The notes beneath the pieces were generated by a model, which searched no databases, was not told where the DNA came from, and saw only the letters and a program-made list of their open reading frames with translations. From Spirochaetia bacterium (GTDB taxonomy: Bacteria > Spirochaetota > Spirochaetia > CADAEX01), in contig OY759746.1 in NCBI GenBank assembly GCA_963662795.1, positions 288,001 through 352,000 on the forward strand: a stretch of DNA of 64,000 bases. Reading direction: 5' to 3'. Positions 43,761 through 53,716 of this stretch are shown in pieces. The position numbers were made by a program, and so were the translations under genes. How positions within the stretch are numbered: the first letter of the stretch is position 1; every line of letters starts with the position of its first letter.

Positions 43761-44845
43761 ATTATCCCCCCCCCAAGTACAAGATCATCTTTATAAAAAA
43801 CTGCTGACTGCCCCGGGGTTATAACCTTTGCGTCAGACAGGACAACCTTTGCGCGAGCGCTGTCCGGCAGGACTTCAACCTCGCACGGAGTTTCCGATGA
43901 ATTGTATCTTATAACAACGCTGCAGCTGATTTTACCGTTTTCAGGAACCGGGATGAACCAGTTTGTTTTTTCAATATAAAACTCTCCCCTTCCCTGCTCA
44001 TCTTCCCGGCCCACTACGACTGTATTTGTGCTGCTGTCTACCGATATCACATACCAGGGGCCGTCTGAAAGGGAAAGCCCTTTCCTTTGCCCGACAGTAT
44101 AGTAGACATACCCCTTATGCCTGCCCAGATAATTGCCATAAGTATCCACTATGCGCCCCGGCTTGACCTTTAAAAGGGAGGGTGGAGCATTTTCCCCTAT
44201 GAAATCGCCGTATTCGCCTTCTATAAAACAGATATCCTGGCTTTCCTTTACAGAATCAAACGAATATCCAAGGGCAGAGGCTTCCGTGGCAAGCTCTTTT
44301 TTGATTATCCCTCCCATCGGGAAAACGCACCTCTTCAGTATTTCCCCGGGCAGACGGTAAAGCATATAGCTCTGGTCCTTGATCCTGTCAGCGGCGCGCA
44401 TCAGCATAAGATTTTCGTCTTTTTCAAAAAGCCTCACATAGTGGCCTGTGGCGAAAAAAATATCTTCCCCGGCAGCCGCTTTTCCCTCTTCAATGAGACG
44501 CTTTACAACAGCATCATAAAACCAGGTGAATTTAATATTCTCATTGCAGATTACACATGGGTTGGGAGTCTCTCCTCCGGCATAGCTTTCAATAAAATTA
44601 TCTATGACACATCCGGCGAAAGCTTTTTTTGCGTCTATAATATAGAAAGTGATTTTCTCACTTCGGCAGAGCTGTGCAGCCCTTTCAAGCACTTCCGGAC
44701 TGCTTGATTTTACGCCGTCATACACAACGTGGTTTGCGGCTATTATATTATTCCATCCATCCTCTTTAAGCTTTCTTATAGCCATCCCGGAGTCTATTCC
44801 GCCGCTTAAGGCAAGGATTATTTTACTGTCTTTTGTACGTTTCAA
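43748..44845 (-). CDS. mnmA: tRNA 2-thiouridine(34) synthase
   Basis: SGGIDS, TPNPCVICN, ATGHY, KDQSYML, SQDICF and TPGQSAVFY; probable TTG start at 44845. Confidence 0.93.
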   Translation of the reverse strand: MKRTKDSKIILALSGGIDSGMAIRKLKEDGWNNIIAANHVVYDGVKSSSPEVLERAAQLCRSEKITFYIIDAKKAFAGCVIDNFIESYAGGETPNPCVICNENIKFTWFYDAVVKRLIEEGKAAAGEDIFFATGHYVRLFEKDENLMLMRAADRIKDQSYMLYRLPGEILKRCVFPMGGIIKKELATEASALGYSFDSVKESQDICFIEGEYGDFIGENAPPSLLKVKPGRIVDTYGNYLGRHKGYVYYTVGQRKGLSLSDGPWYVISVDSSTNTVVVGREDEQGRGEFYIEKTNWFIPVPENGKISCSVVIRYNSSETPCEVEVLPDSARAKVVLSDAKVITPGQSAVFYKDDLVLGGGIICRY

Positions 44846-44939
44846 TGCATTTCTCCGTTTATACTGTCCGGAAATAAGACGCAAATCCGGCATGTAAAAA
44901 ATATTTTTCTGAATTCCTGTAAATTCTTATCCTCCACTT

Positions 44940-44978
44940 ATTGCATATATATACGTTTTTAGAGTATATTTATACGCA
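44940..44978 (+). promoter_or_regulatory. Tandem ARG boxes over the argR operon promoter
   Basis: ATTGCATATATATACGTT (44940-44957) and AGAGTATATTTATACGCA (44961-44978): two 18-bp ARG-box-like sites 3 bp apart. They overlap TTGCAT...TATATT. Confidence 0.75.
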
Positions 44979-44983
44979 ACAGT

Positions 44984-45454
44984 ATGAGCGAAAGAAGAAA
45001 CAGATTAAAAATAATAAAAAAACTCATAAAAGAAAACAAGATAGAAAGCCAGGAAAAGCTTCTTGAACTTTTAAACAGCCATAATATCTGCGTGACCCAG
45101 GCCACCCTTTCAAGGGATCTCAAGCTTTTAAAGGTAAGCAGGGTCGCTGACGCCAATAATGGTTATTATTACACACTTATTGAAGATGAGGCGCAAAAAG
45201 TTTCTGAAGAAAGATATATCAAGGATTTAAACAGAGGATTTCTATCAATCAATTTTTCAGGTAATATCGCTGTGGTAAGGACCTTTTCGGCGCATGCCAA
45301 CACGGTAGCCATCGCCCTGGATAATCTGGAGATGGAAGACATAATCGGCACTATCGCCGGCGATGATACTGTACTTGTTATAATGAAGGAAGGACTTTCT
45401 TCATCAGATTTTTTAAGAGCCTTGAGAGAAAGGTTTCCCGGGCTCGATATTTAA
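44984..45454 (+). CDS. argR: Arginine repressor
   Basis: SQEKL, VTQATLSRDL and GTIAGDDT. Confidence 0.95.
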   Translation: MSERRNRLKIIKKLIKENKIESQEKLLELLNSHNICVTQATLSRDLKLLKVSRVADANNGYYYTLIEDEAQKVSEERYIKDLNRGFLSINFSGNIAVVRTFSAHANTVAIALDNLEMEDIIGTIAGDDTVLVIMKEGLSSSDFLRALRERFPGLDI

Positions 45455-45522
45455 GCCCCGGATTTTAAAAAATCCGGGATAAAGTGCCCTTAAGGCATTT
45501 TACTGCATAAAAGGAGAAAACA

Positions 45523-46560
45523 ATGAAAGCAGCAATACTGGGTATTTCCGGCTATACCGGAATGGTTTTACTGAGATTACTCTCTGAACATCCTGACATC
45601 GGTGAGATAATTCCCGTCTCTTCATCAAAAGCAGGGGATAAAATACTTTCAACTGATCCTGGAATAGGAAAAGCAGTTATGGAGAAAACAGCTGCATCAG
45701 ACGGGTGCATGGTCGATATGGCACATGCAGTAAGCAGAAAACCGGATGTTGTGCTTGCCGCTCTCCCGCATCTTGCGTCAGCCGCTTTCTGCGACCCGTT
45801 TTACGGCAAGTCGGTTGTAATAGATCTTTCCGCGGACTTAAGGATAAAGGACCACGATCTTTTTATGAAAGCGTATAAAACAGCTCCTCCCAGGCCGGAA
45901 ATCCTTAAAAAAGCGGCATACGGGCTTTGCGAAATTTACGAAAAAGACATTAAAAATTCAGATGTGATTGCCAATCCCGGCTGCTACCCAACATGCACAC
46001 TGCTGCCCATACTGCCTCTGGCTGAAAAAGGGGTAATACAGGGAAAAATAATAACCAATGCGCTCTCAGGTATATCAGGCGCGGGAAAAAAAGCGACTAT
46101 CGGCAATCTTTACGTTGAAAGGACGGAAAACACCTGCGCGTACCTGCCGGGGAAAACTCACAGGCACTTTACAGAGATAAAAAAAGAGATAGCGTCTTTC
46201 GACAGTTCGCTTGAGATTTACTTTACGCCCCACCTTGTTCCGCTTAAAAGAGGGATGCACGCCGCAAGCGTAGTAGAACTTAAAAGCGGTGTAAGCGCGG
46301 AAAAAATCGACAGCATATTTGCCGAATACTACTCGGAGAAACCATTTATCATGCTGAAAGGAAGCGCACTGCCTGAATCGCGCGATGTCTGGGGCTCGAA
46401 CAGGTGCGATATCGGCTGGCAGGTACAGGGGAACATGCTCTTCCTGTTTTCAGTGATTGACAATCTTGTAAAAGGGGCATCCGGACAGGCTGTTCAGAAC
46501 ATGAACATCAGGTTCGGCCTTAAAGAGAGCGCCGGACTTAAAATGTACGGGGAGCTTTAG
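45523..46560 (+). CDS. argC: N-acetyl-gamma-glutamyl-phosphate reductase
   Basis: GISGYTG, ANPGCYPT, SGISGAG and DNLVKGASGQAVQN. Confidence 0.95.
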   Translation: MKAAILGISGYTGMVLLRLLSEHPDIGEIIPVSSSKAGDKILSTDPGIGKAVMEKTAASDGCMVDMAHAVSRKPDVVLAALPHLASAAFCDPFYGKSVVIDLSADLRIKDHDLFMKAYKTAPPRPEILKKAAYGLCEIYEKDIKNSDVIANPGCYPTCTLLPILPLAEKGVIQGKIITNALSGISGAGKKATIGNLYVERTENTCAYLPGKTHRHFTEIKKEIASFDSSLEIYFTPHLVPLKRGMHAASVVELKSGVSAEKIDSIFAEYYSEKPFIMLKGSALPESRDVWGSNRCDIGWQVQGNMLFLFSVIDNLVKGASGQAVQNMNIRFGLKESAGLKMYGEL

Positions 46561-46572
46561 GAGATCCGGGAA

Positions 46573-47352
46573 ATGACAGAGGAAAACGGAAAGAAAATAA
46601 TTGTAATCAAGACCGGCGGAAAGGCTGCGTCCGGAAAGCAGGAGATGGCCTGTCTTTTCCGGGAGATGAAGCAGCTTGAAGGAAAATACAGCTTTGTTTT
46701 TGTGCACGGCGGAGGAGCCGAGGTCACAAGGGTGAGTAAAATCTTCGGCCTTGAAGCAAAATTCAAAGACGGGATAAGGCTTACAACACCGGATGAGATG
46801 GAAATAGTCGACATGGTTTTATCCGGAAGGATGAACAAGGAGATTGTGAGGCTCGCGAACAGCTGCGGGGTACTCTCCGCCGGGTTAAGCGGAAGCGACG
46901 GTCTTCTTTTCACCGGAAAAGAGGCGGGTGAAAATACGCTGACCGGCAGGATAACAGAGGTAAGGCCTCTCATTATCAGAGTGCTGCTTGAAAACAGCTT
47001 CATACCTGTAATCTCATCAACCTCGATGACGGCAGGCGGAACCGCTCTTAATATAAACGCTGACGAGGCAGCCCTTGAAATCGCGTCTGCTCTGAATGCG
47101 GAGAAGCTTTTTTTTATTTCAGATATACCGGGCGTGATGAAAGAAGGGGACGTAATAAACATTCTTACAGAAAAACAGGCGCTTGATGAAATATCAGCAG
47201 GTGTAATATCAGGGGGAATGATCCCCAAGGTAAAATCTTCAATCGCGGCCCTTAAAAAGGGGGTCGGGTCGATTATCATAGGTGAATACTGCGGAAACGG
47301 CGATCTCGCATCAATTCTTGAAGGGAAAAAAGGGACAGGCATAATTCTTTAA
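46573..47352 (+). CDS. argB: Acetylglutamate kinase
   Basis: VIKTGG, VHGGG, NINAD and GGMIPK. Confidence 0.93.
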   Translation: MTEENGKKIIVIKTGGKAASGKQEMACLFREMKQLEGKYSFVFVHGGGAEVTRVSKIFGLEAKFKDGIRLTTPDEMEIVDMVLSGRMNKEIVRLANSCGVLSAGLSGSDGLLFTGKEAGENTLTGRITEVRPLIIRVLLENSFIPVISSTSMTAGGTALNINADEAALEIASALNAEKLFFISDIPGVMKEGDVINILTEKQALDEISAGVISGGMIPKVKSSIAALKKGVGSIIIGEYCGNGDLASILEGKKGTGIIL

Positions 47353-47383
47353 TCCTGTCACATAAATACGGAGGTAAAAACAA

Positions 47384-48595
47384 ATGGTCAAACAGTCTAA
47401 AGCGCACAAAGTGCCTTTCGCTAAAAATTACGCATCGGAATTTCTTGTATTCGAAAAAGGGGAAGGCGTTTATCTATACGACCCGACAGGTAAAAAATAT
47501 GTTGACTTCGGATCGGGCATAGCTGTCAACGCCCTCGGACACGGCAGAAGTGATCTTGCAGATATCGCCTGCAGCCAGATGAAAAAGGTAATCCACACAT
47601 CAAACCTTTTTACGTCAGAACCTTCAGTTTTTCTTGCCGAGAAGCTGGTCGCTCTTGGTAATTTTGACGCGGTTCATTTCGGCAACAGCGGCGCTGAGGC
47701 AAACGAAGCTGCCGTTAAATACTCAAAGCTCTATTCTTTTAATAAAAAAGGGACGGGAAACCATAAAATTCTCGCGCTTGTTTCAGGTTTTCACGGAAGG
47801 ACTATCGGCGCACTTTCATGCACATATAATCCTGCCTACAAGACCCCTTTCGAGCCGCTGATGCCGGGAGTTGAATTTACCCCGCTTAATGATGTAAAAG
47901 CGCTTGAGGCAAAGCTGGACAGCACATTCGCGGGCGTTATTGTCGAAGTACTTCAGGGAGAAGGAGGGCTTCAGATGATGAGCAGGGAATTTGCCGAAGC
48001 CTTAAACCGCCTCTGCAGAAAACACGATGTAATACTGATAGCAGACGAGGTACAGACAGGCCTTGGAAGGACCGGATGGCCATTCGCTTCAGCTTCCGTC
48101 GGTCTTAACCCGGATATCATATCGCTTGCAAAGCCTCTTGCAGGAGGGCTCCCCCTTTCAGCAACCCTTATCCCTGCAAAAATAAACGAACTGATAAAAG
48201 TTGGAGACCACGGCACAACTTTCGGAGGCGGACCTGTAACCTGCGCCGTAGCCGGGAAGGTGCTTGATATAATTTTAAATCCCGATTTTCTTGCCAACGT
48301 AAGAAAACAGGGAGAATATCTTGCGAAAAAACTTAAAAACCTTGCAGGGAAAATCAGCTTTATCGGCGAGACAAGGGGAACAGGGCTGCTTCAGGGTATA
48401 GAAATAAAACAGCCTGAAAATTACAAGGGTGATCTTATAAAATCTGTTATTTCAAAATGCGAGGATAACGGGCTTATAGTCCTTAAATCGGGGAAAACAA
48501 TTGTAAGGATTGCCCCTCCTCTTATTATTGACGAAAAACAGATTGACGAGGGAATAGCGATACTTGAGAAAACACTTGAAAGTTTTGGAATCTGA
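47384..48595 (+). CDS. argD: Acetylornithine aminotransferase
   Basis: GIAVNALGH, NSGAEANEAA, FHGRT, DEVQTGLGRTG and HGTTFGG. Confidence 0.92.
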   Translation: MVKQSKAHKVPFAKNYASEFLVFEKGEGVYLYDPTGKKYVDFGSGIAVNALGHGRSDLADIACSQMKKVIHTSNLFTSEPSVFLAEKLVALGNFDAVHFGNSGAEANEAAVKYSKLYSFNKKGTGNHKILALVSGFHGRTIGALSCTYNPAYKTPFEPLMPGVEFTPLNDVKALEAKLDSTFAGVIVEVLQGEGGLQMMSREFAEALNRLCRKHDVILIADEVQTGLGRTGWPFASASVGLNPDIISLAKPLAGGLPLSATLIPAKINELIKVGDHGTTFGGGPVTCAVAGKVLDIILNPDFLANVRKQGEYLAKKLKNLAGKISFIGETRGTGLLQGIEIKQPENYKGDLIKSVISKCEDNGLIVLKSGKTIVRIAPPLIIDEKQIDEGIAILEKTLESFGI

Positions 48596-48662
48596 GACTT
48601 TCAGAAGTTATACGGAATTGATTATACAGAAATAAAATATCCGGATTAATAAGGAGAAAAAT

Positions 48663-49943
48663 ATGGCGGAAAAAAGCGAAAATAAAATAAAAAAAATAGC
48701 ACTTGCCTATTCAGGCGGGCTTGATACATCAATCATTATCCCGTGGCTCAAAGAGCACTACCCCGGATCCGAGGTTGTGTGTGTCTGCACCAATGTGGGG
48801 CAGAAAGAGGACTGGGACAAAATTGAGGAAAAAGCCATCAAATCAGGCGCTTCAAAGATCTATGTTGAGGATATAAAAGAAGAATTCGTAAAAGACTACA
48901 TCTTCCCGATGATACGCGCAGGCGCGATCTACGAAGGGAAATATCTTCTCGGGACATCGATCGCCCGGCCGGTTCAGGCAAAAAGACAGGTAGAGATCGC
49001 GTTAAAGGAAAACGCCGACGCCCTGGCTCACGGATGCACAGGAAAGGGGAACGACCAGGTAAGGTTTGAGCTTACATACAAGGCCCTGGCACCCCACCTT
49101 AAAGTCATAGCTCCATGGAGGGTCTGGGACATCAACTCAAGGGAAGCGGCTATTGAATACGCGGAAAAACACAATATACCGCTCGGAAATATTACAAAAA
49201 AGAATATCTACTCGAGGGATGAGAATATCTGGCACACAAGCCATGAAGGGGGAGAACTTGAAGACCCATGGCAGACACCCCCGGAAGGGATTTACCAGAG
49301 GACTTCATCTCTTGAATCAGCCCCCGACAAGGCGGAAGAGGTTATTATTGATATTGAAAAAGGATATCCTACAGCGCTTAACGGAAAGAAATTCTCCCCC
49401 TATGACTTTATCGACAAGCTTAACAAAATAGCAGGGCCCCACAGCATAGGAAGGGCCGATATTGTTGAGACAAGAACAGTAGGGATGAAAAGCCACGGGG
49501 TATATGAAACACCGGCTGGAACTGTACTCAACAAGGCTTTGCAGGAACTCGAGATGATAACGCTTGACAACGATACGCTCCACTATAAACAGCTGATGGC
49601 AATTAAATACTCTGAGCTTATCTATACAGGTAAATGGTTTACACCCCTTAGGGAGGCGATGGAAGCTTTCATGGAAGAAAGCAGCCGCTACCTTACAGGA
49701 ACAGTAAGGCTTTACCTTTACAAGGGAAATGTACTAATCGGCGGAAGGAAGTCGCCTTATTCCCTGTATATCGAAGACTTAGCTTCATTCGGCAAGAGCA
49801 GCTACAACCAGCAGGACGCTACAGGGTTTATCAACCTATTCGGCCTTTCTACCGGGGTTACAGCCATAGTACACAACAAGATAACGCAGAATACAGGGCA
49901 GGTAAAAGACATTAAAAAGATAGCTTCGATTCACGAAGAGTAA
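48663..49943 (+). CDS. argG: Argininosuccinate synthase
   Basis: AYSGGLDTS, HGCTGKGNDQVRFE and YETP. Confidence 0.97.
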   Translation: MAEKSENKIKKIALAYSGGLDTSIIIPWLKEHYPGSEVVCVCTNVGQKEDWDKIEEKAIKSGASKIYVEDIKEEFVKDYIFPMIRAGAIYEGKYLLGTSIARPVQAKRQVEIALKENADALAHGCTGKGNDQVRFELTYKALAPHLKVIAPWRVWDINSREAAIEYAEKHNIPLGNITKKNIYSRDENIWHTSHEGGELEDPWQTPPEGIYQRTSSLESAPDKAEEVIIDIEKGYPTALNGKKFSPYDFIDKLNKIAGPHSIGRADIVETRTVGMKSHGVYETPAGTVLNKALQELEMITLDNDTLHYKQLMAIKYSELIYTGKWFTPLREAMEAFMEESSRYLTGTVRLYLYKGNVLIGGRKSPYSLYIEDLASFGKSSYNQQDATGFINLFGLSTGVTAIVHNKITQNTGQVKDIKKIASIHEE

Positions 49944-49956
49944 GAAGAGCTGCAGT

Positions 49957-50424
49957 ATGAATGATAAATTTACAGTCCGGCCGGCAACGGTTAAAGACAT
50001 AAACAGGATTTTCGAACTCACAAACCAGATGGCGGAAAAGGGGCTGATGCTTACGAGAAGCAAGTATAAAATCATCACAATACTGCAGAATTTTCTGATT
50101 GCGGCTGATGAAAATGATTACGCAATAGGCTGCGGCGCTTTTTCGCTTCTATGGAGCGACCTTGGCGAAATTATGGCTCTGGCCGTCGACCCGCTGTGGC
50201 AGAAAAAAGGAGTCGGCAGGGAACTTGTTTCCGCCCTGATATCAAAAGGCACATTTCTAAAAGTGCCCGAGATTATTGTGCTTACATACCAGGTGGAATT
50301 CTTCAGGGAACTTGGATTCACCCTTACAGACAAGGACAAATTCCCCAGAAAACTATGGAGAGAGTGCCTTGAATGCCCAAAGCTTGAAAAATGCGATGAA
50401 ACAGCGATGCACATGTTTCTCTGA
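49957..50424 (+). CDS. argA: Short GNAT-type amino-acid N-acetyltransferase (ArgA-like)
   Basis: MLTRS, WSDLGEIMALAV, LTYQVEFF and C-terminal WRECLECPK...CDE; last gene of the arg operon. Confidence 0.75.
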   Translation: MNDKFTVRPATVKDINRIFELTNQMAEKGLMLTRSKYKIITILQNFLIAADENDYAIGCGAFSLLWSDLGEIMALAVDPLWQKKGVGRELVSALISKGTFLKVPEIIVLTYQVEFFRELGFTLTDKDKFPRKLWRECLECPKLEKCDETAMHMFL

Positions 50425-50430
50425 TACATT

Positions 50431-50466
50431 TGCCGGCCTTAACGCACAGAAGGCCGGCCTTTTTTA
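50431..50466 (+). terminator. Rho-independent terminator of the arg operon
   Basis: GCCGGCCTT...AAGGCCGGC hairpin followed by a T-run. Confidence 0.75.
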
Positions 50467-50518
50467 ATAAATGCAAACTTTCATTCTCTCTGTTATAATT
50501 ACAGATGAGGAGAAAATA

Positions 50519-52096
50519 ATGGAAGTAAAATTTAAAAACCTTAACAATACAGATTCCTTTAAAAAACTCAGATTATTGTCAGTCCCTGACATCAAAAAAA
50601 TCATAACACCCGGCAGGGTATCATCATTCAGCATTAAAGCAGGAAATGGTATTGATTATAACTATTCCGCAAAAAGCGCAGACGCCTCCGTGCTTGCGGC
50701 GCTGCAGATGCTCTCTGATGAGCAGCAGACTATACCCAAATACAAAAAAGTCCTCTCCGGAGAAATAATGAATAAAGGGGAAAAAAGAATGGTGCTCCAC
50801 CATTATACCCGCGGAACATTCGGAATCGAGGGCAGGGAAGTAAAAGAAAGGGGAGATTTCTATAAGACTGAAATAAGGAGAGTTTCTGATTTCGCTGATA
50901 AAATACACAGGGGGGTCATAAAGGGATCAACCGGCGCAAAATTCGATACTGCTGTCCAGATAGGAATCGGCGGTTCAGATCTCGGTCCGAGGGCTTTATA
51001 TCTTGCCCTTAAAGGTTATATGGCATCTGAAGGGAGAACTCCTTTTTTATACTGCGACTTTATCTCAAATGTGGACCCTGATGACGCGGCCGATGTAATT
51101 AACCGCATAAATCCGGAAACCACCCTTTTCATTCTCGTATCAAAGAGCGGAACTACCCAGGAGACGCTGGCGAACTGTTATCTGGTCAAAAATCTTGTAA
51201 AAAAATTCTCACCTGTAACAGATATATCAAAACACATGATAGCTGTTACTTCAAAAGAAAGCCCTATGGCATCCTCGCCTGATTTCCTTGACTCCTTTTA
51301 CATAGATGATTTTATAGGCGGCAGGTATTCATCAACAAGCGCTGTCGGGGGAGTTGCCTTAAGCCTTGCGTTCGGCGGAGAGGTTTTTCAGGACCTTCTT
51401 GACGGAGCTCATGAAAGCGATATGAAAGCGCTTGAAAATGATATAACAAAAAACTCTTCCCTGCTCGATGCCATGCTTGGAATTTATGAGAGGAACATAC
51501 TCGGTTACACAGCGGAAGCAATACTCCCTTACAGCCAGGCCCTTTCCCGGTTTCCCGCGCATCTGCAGCAGCTGATGATGGAAAGCAACGGTAAAAGCGT
51601 CAGCGTAAACGGAGACAGACTTGACTATGCCACCTGCCCTGTTATTTTCGGGGAACCTGGAACAAACGGACAGCATTCCTTTTACCAGCAGCTCCACCAG
51701 GGAACAGACATTGTCTCTCTTAAATTCATCGGGTTCAAAAAATCCCAGCAGCTTCTTGACGCTCAATACGAAGGGAGCAGCTGCCAGAGAAAACTCAACG
51801 CCAATCTTGCGGCTCAGATTACAGCATTTGCTCAGGGCCAGAATGATGAAAATCCCAATAAATTTTTTGCCGGCGGAAGGCCGTCCGACCTTATTGCGGG
51901 GGAAAGGCTTACTCCCCCGTCTCTCGGCTCACTTCTTGCGCACTATGAAAACAGGACCATGTTTCAGGGATTTATCTGGAATATCAACTCATTCGACCAG
52001 GAAGGGGTGCAGCTTGGAAAAAAACTTGCGGGGAAAGTGCTTGGAGGGAATTCCGGCAACAGTGTGCTTGATGCCTACAGCGCTTTGCTTGGTTAG
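50519..52096 (+). CDS. pgi: Glucose-6-phosphate isomerase
   Basis: GIGGSDLGP, SKSGTTQET, GGRYS, QQLMMESNGK and FDQEGVQLGK; ATG 50519 with a GAGGAG SD. Confidence 0.95.
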   Translation: MEVKFKNLNNTDSFKKLRLLSVPDIKKIITPGRVSSFSIKAGNGIDYNYSAKSADASVLAALQMLSDEQQTIPKYKKVLSGEIMNKGEKRMVLHHYTRGTFGIEGREVKERGDFYKTEIRRVSDFADKIHRGVIKGSTGAKFDTAVQIGIGGSDLGPRALYLALKGYMASEGRTPFLYCDFISNVDPDDAADVINRINPETTLFILVSKSGTTQETLANCYLVKNLVKKFSPVTDISKHMIAVTSKESPMASSPDFLDSFYIDDFIGGRYSSTSAVGGVALSLAFGGEVFQDLLDGAHESDMKALENDITKNSSLLDAMLGIYERNILGYTAEAILPYSQALSRFPAHLQQLMMESNGKSVSVNGDRLDYATCPVIFGEPGTNGQHSFYQQLHQGTDIVSLKFIGFKKSQQLLDAQYEGSSCQRKLNANLAAQITAFAQGQNDENPNKFFAGGRPSDLIAGERLTPPSLGSLLAHYENRTMFQGFIWNINSFDQEGVQLGKKLAGKVLGGNSGNSVLDAYSALLG

Positions 52097-52140
52097 ACTG
52101 ATGCAGCGGTCAGGAATAATGTCTTGATATAACTTAAGTG

Positions 52141-52252
52141 AAAAAAAACCCCCGCCGGAAAAAGGAGGAAAACCGGTCGGGGGATATGCATAAAGGAGGT
52201 ATTATGAAAAAGTTCACACTTTTATAAACTAAACAAATCACCTATTAATTAG
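52141..52252 (-). ncRNA. Candidate small RNA with two anti-SD (CCUCCUUU) motifs and an intrinsic terminator
   Basis: Minus-strand TATAAT at about 52264-52259 and a GC-rich hairpin (52183-52149) followed by U8. No minus-strand gene needs this terminator. Confidence 0.5.
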
Positions 52253-52331
52253 TTACATATTATAATAAAAAAATAAATTTTGATTTAAACAATTGATTTT
52301 TTCACCAACACTATTTAAATTCCAGTTATAC

Positions 52332-53294
52332 ATGGTAGAACTTGAAAAAGAAATCATAGGAAGCTGGTTTGAAATCAGGTCCAATATAGAAAATATTGGC
52401 AATCTCCGCGATTATTTTAAACTTTCAGACGAGGATTTAAAGAAAACAGCAATAAAACTCAAAGCCTCAATAGAGGGCGGCATTACAGAATATAAAAAAT
52501 CTGAGATTAAATCTGTTTTTAATCTTATTGCATCTCTTGATTATGATACAAGTTCACTTCATCTGATAAAAGAAACAGCAAATAATATCAACAACCTGAC
52601 TTATGTAATACTGATACAGAGGCTTATCTCAAAAAAAGCTGTTAAATTAAGAGCTCCCCAGAAAGATGAAGCGGAAAAAGATATTGAAAAAGAAAATTTA
52701 AGGAAATACAGCCTTTCAGAGATTGTTGAAATCATCAAAGAGGTACAGGAACTGGTAAAAAAGGATCCTCGTCTAAAGTCAAACAAAAATGTAATAAATA
52801 TTTTAGTACAGGTGAGCAAGTATAAAAGGGAAAATGAAACCATGAAAAAGATTCTTCCCAATATCCCTGCCGAAAAGATAGAAATAATCAGGCTTAACTA
52901 CTCAAAAACCTTAAATGAAATAATATCAAAAATCCTGGGCAGTTACAAAGCTCTTACAACTGAGGACAAACTTATTGAGGGGAAAAAAGAGCAGAACAAG
53001 CATATACTTGAAACCTACGATATTTCCATTGCCGCAGAACTTCTTAAAAAACAGGCAGAAACTTCAGACAGGATCAGGACTACGTTAAATTACGCAGACA
53101 GGGAAAAATTCAGGATACTTGAAATAATCCAGACAATCAAACAGCATGAGAAAAGCCTTAACGGATCATTTACCATCGAAGAAAAACACTATTACAACAT
53201 GGCATTATCAGAAGCCGGGAAAAGGGAAATAAGCAGGCAGTTCTGCCTTGAAATAATTAAAATACTTGAAAAACACGCAGAAAACCCCATATAA
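52332..53294 (+). CDS. Hypothetical protein (Lys/Glu-rich, helical)
   Basis: Long ORF with no recognised motif. Confidence 0.65.
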   Translation: MVELEKEIIGSWFEIRSNIENIGNLRDYFKLSDEDLKKTAIKLKASIEGGITEYKKSEIKSVFNLIASLDYDTSSLHLIKETANNINNLTYVILIQRLISKKAVKLRAPQKDEAEKDIEKENLRKYSLSEIVEIIKEVQELVKKDPRLKSNKNVINILVQVSKYKRENETMKKILPNIPAEKIEIIRLNYSKTLNEIISKILGSYKALTTEDKLIEGKKEQNKHILETYDISIAAELLKKQAETSDRIRTTLNYADREKFRILEIIQTIKQHEKSLNGSFTIEEKHYYNMALSEAGKREISRQFCLEIIKILEKHAENPI

Positions 53295-53299
53295 GAAAA

Positions 53300-53716
53300 C
53301 TACTGAAACATATAAATAATACCGGAGATCTCAAGACCGTAATAGATTGTAATAATCATAAGTATCAGTGTTGAATATCCTGAAATACGGTGTATCATCT
53401 TCATCCTTTTTTTATTTTTTACCTTGACTATACTCAGGCCCGCGAGAGGGGTAAGGATAAGGAGAATCCCTGTGAAAGCTCCAAAAACCGCATGACGTGA
53501 TGTAAAATGCACCCCGTTGAAAATCTGCACCATTATTAATGCGATAACCAGCGCTGAAAAACCGGATAATCCCGCGTATATCCCAAGATATTTGTGTGTT
53601 TTATACCGCCATTTCATTTTTTTATAAACAAGGGAGATAAAGATTCCTGACGCAAGCGCAAGAAAAGAGGAACTCATTAAAACAGCATGTATTTTCCAGA
53701 GAATTTCATAAACCAT
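53300..53716 (-). CDS. Small 4-TM membrane protein, cytochrome b561-like
   Basis: Four TM segments, each with a His near its start (KIHAVLM, KTHKYLG, SRHAVFG, MIHRISG); GGAGG SD. Confidence 0.6.
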   Translation of the reverse strand: MVYEILWKIHAVLMSSSFLALASGIFISLVYKKMKWRYKTHKYLGIYAGLSGFSALVIALIMVQIFNGVHFTSRHAVFGAFTGILLILTPLAGLSIVKVKNKKRMKMIHRISGYSTLILMIITIYYGLEISGIIYMFQ

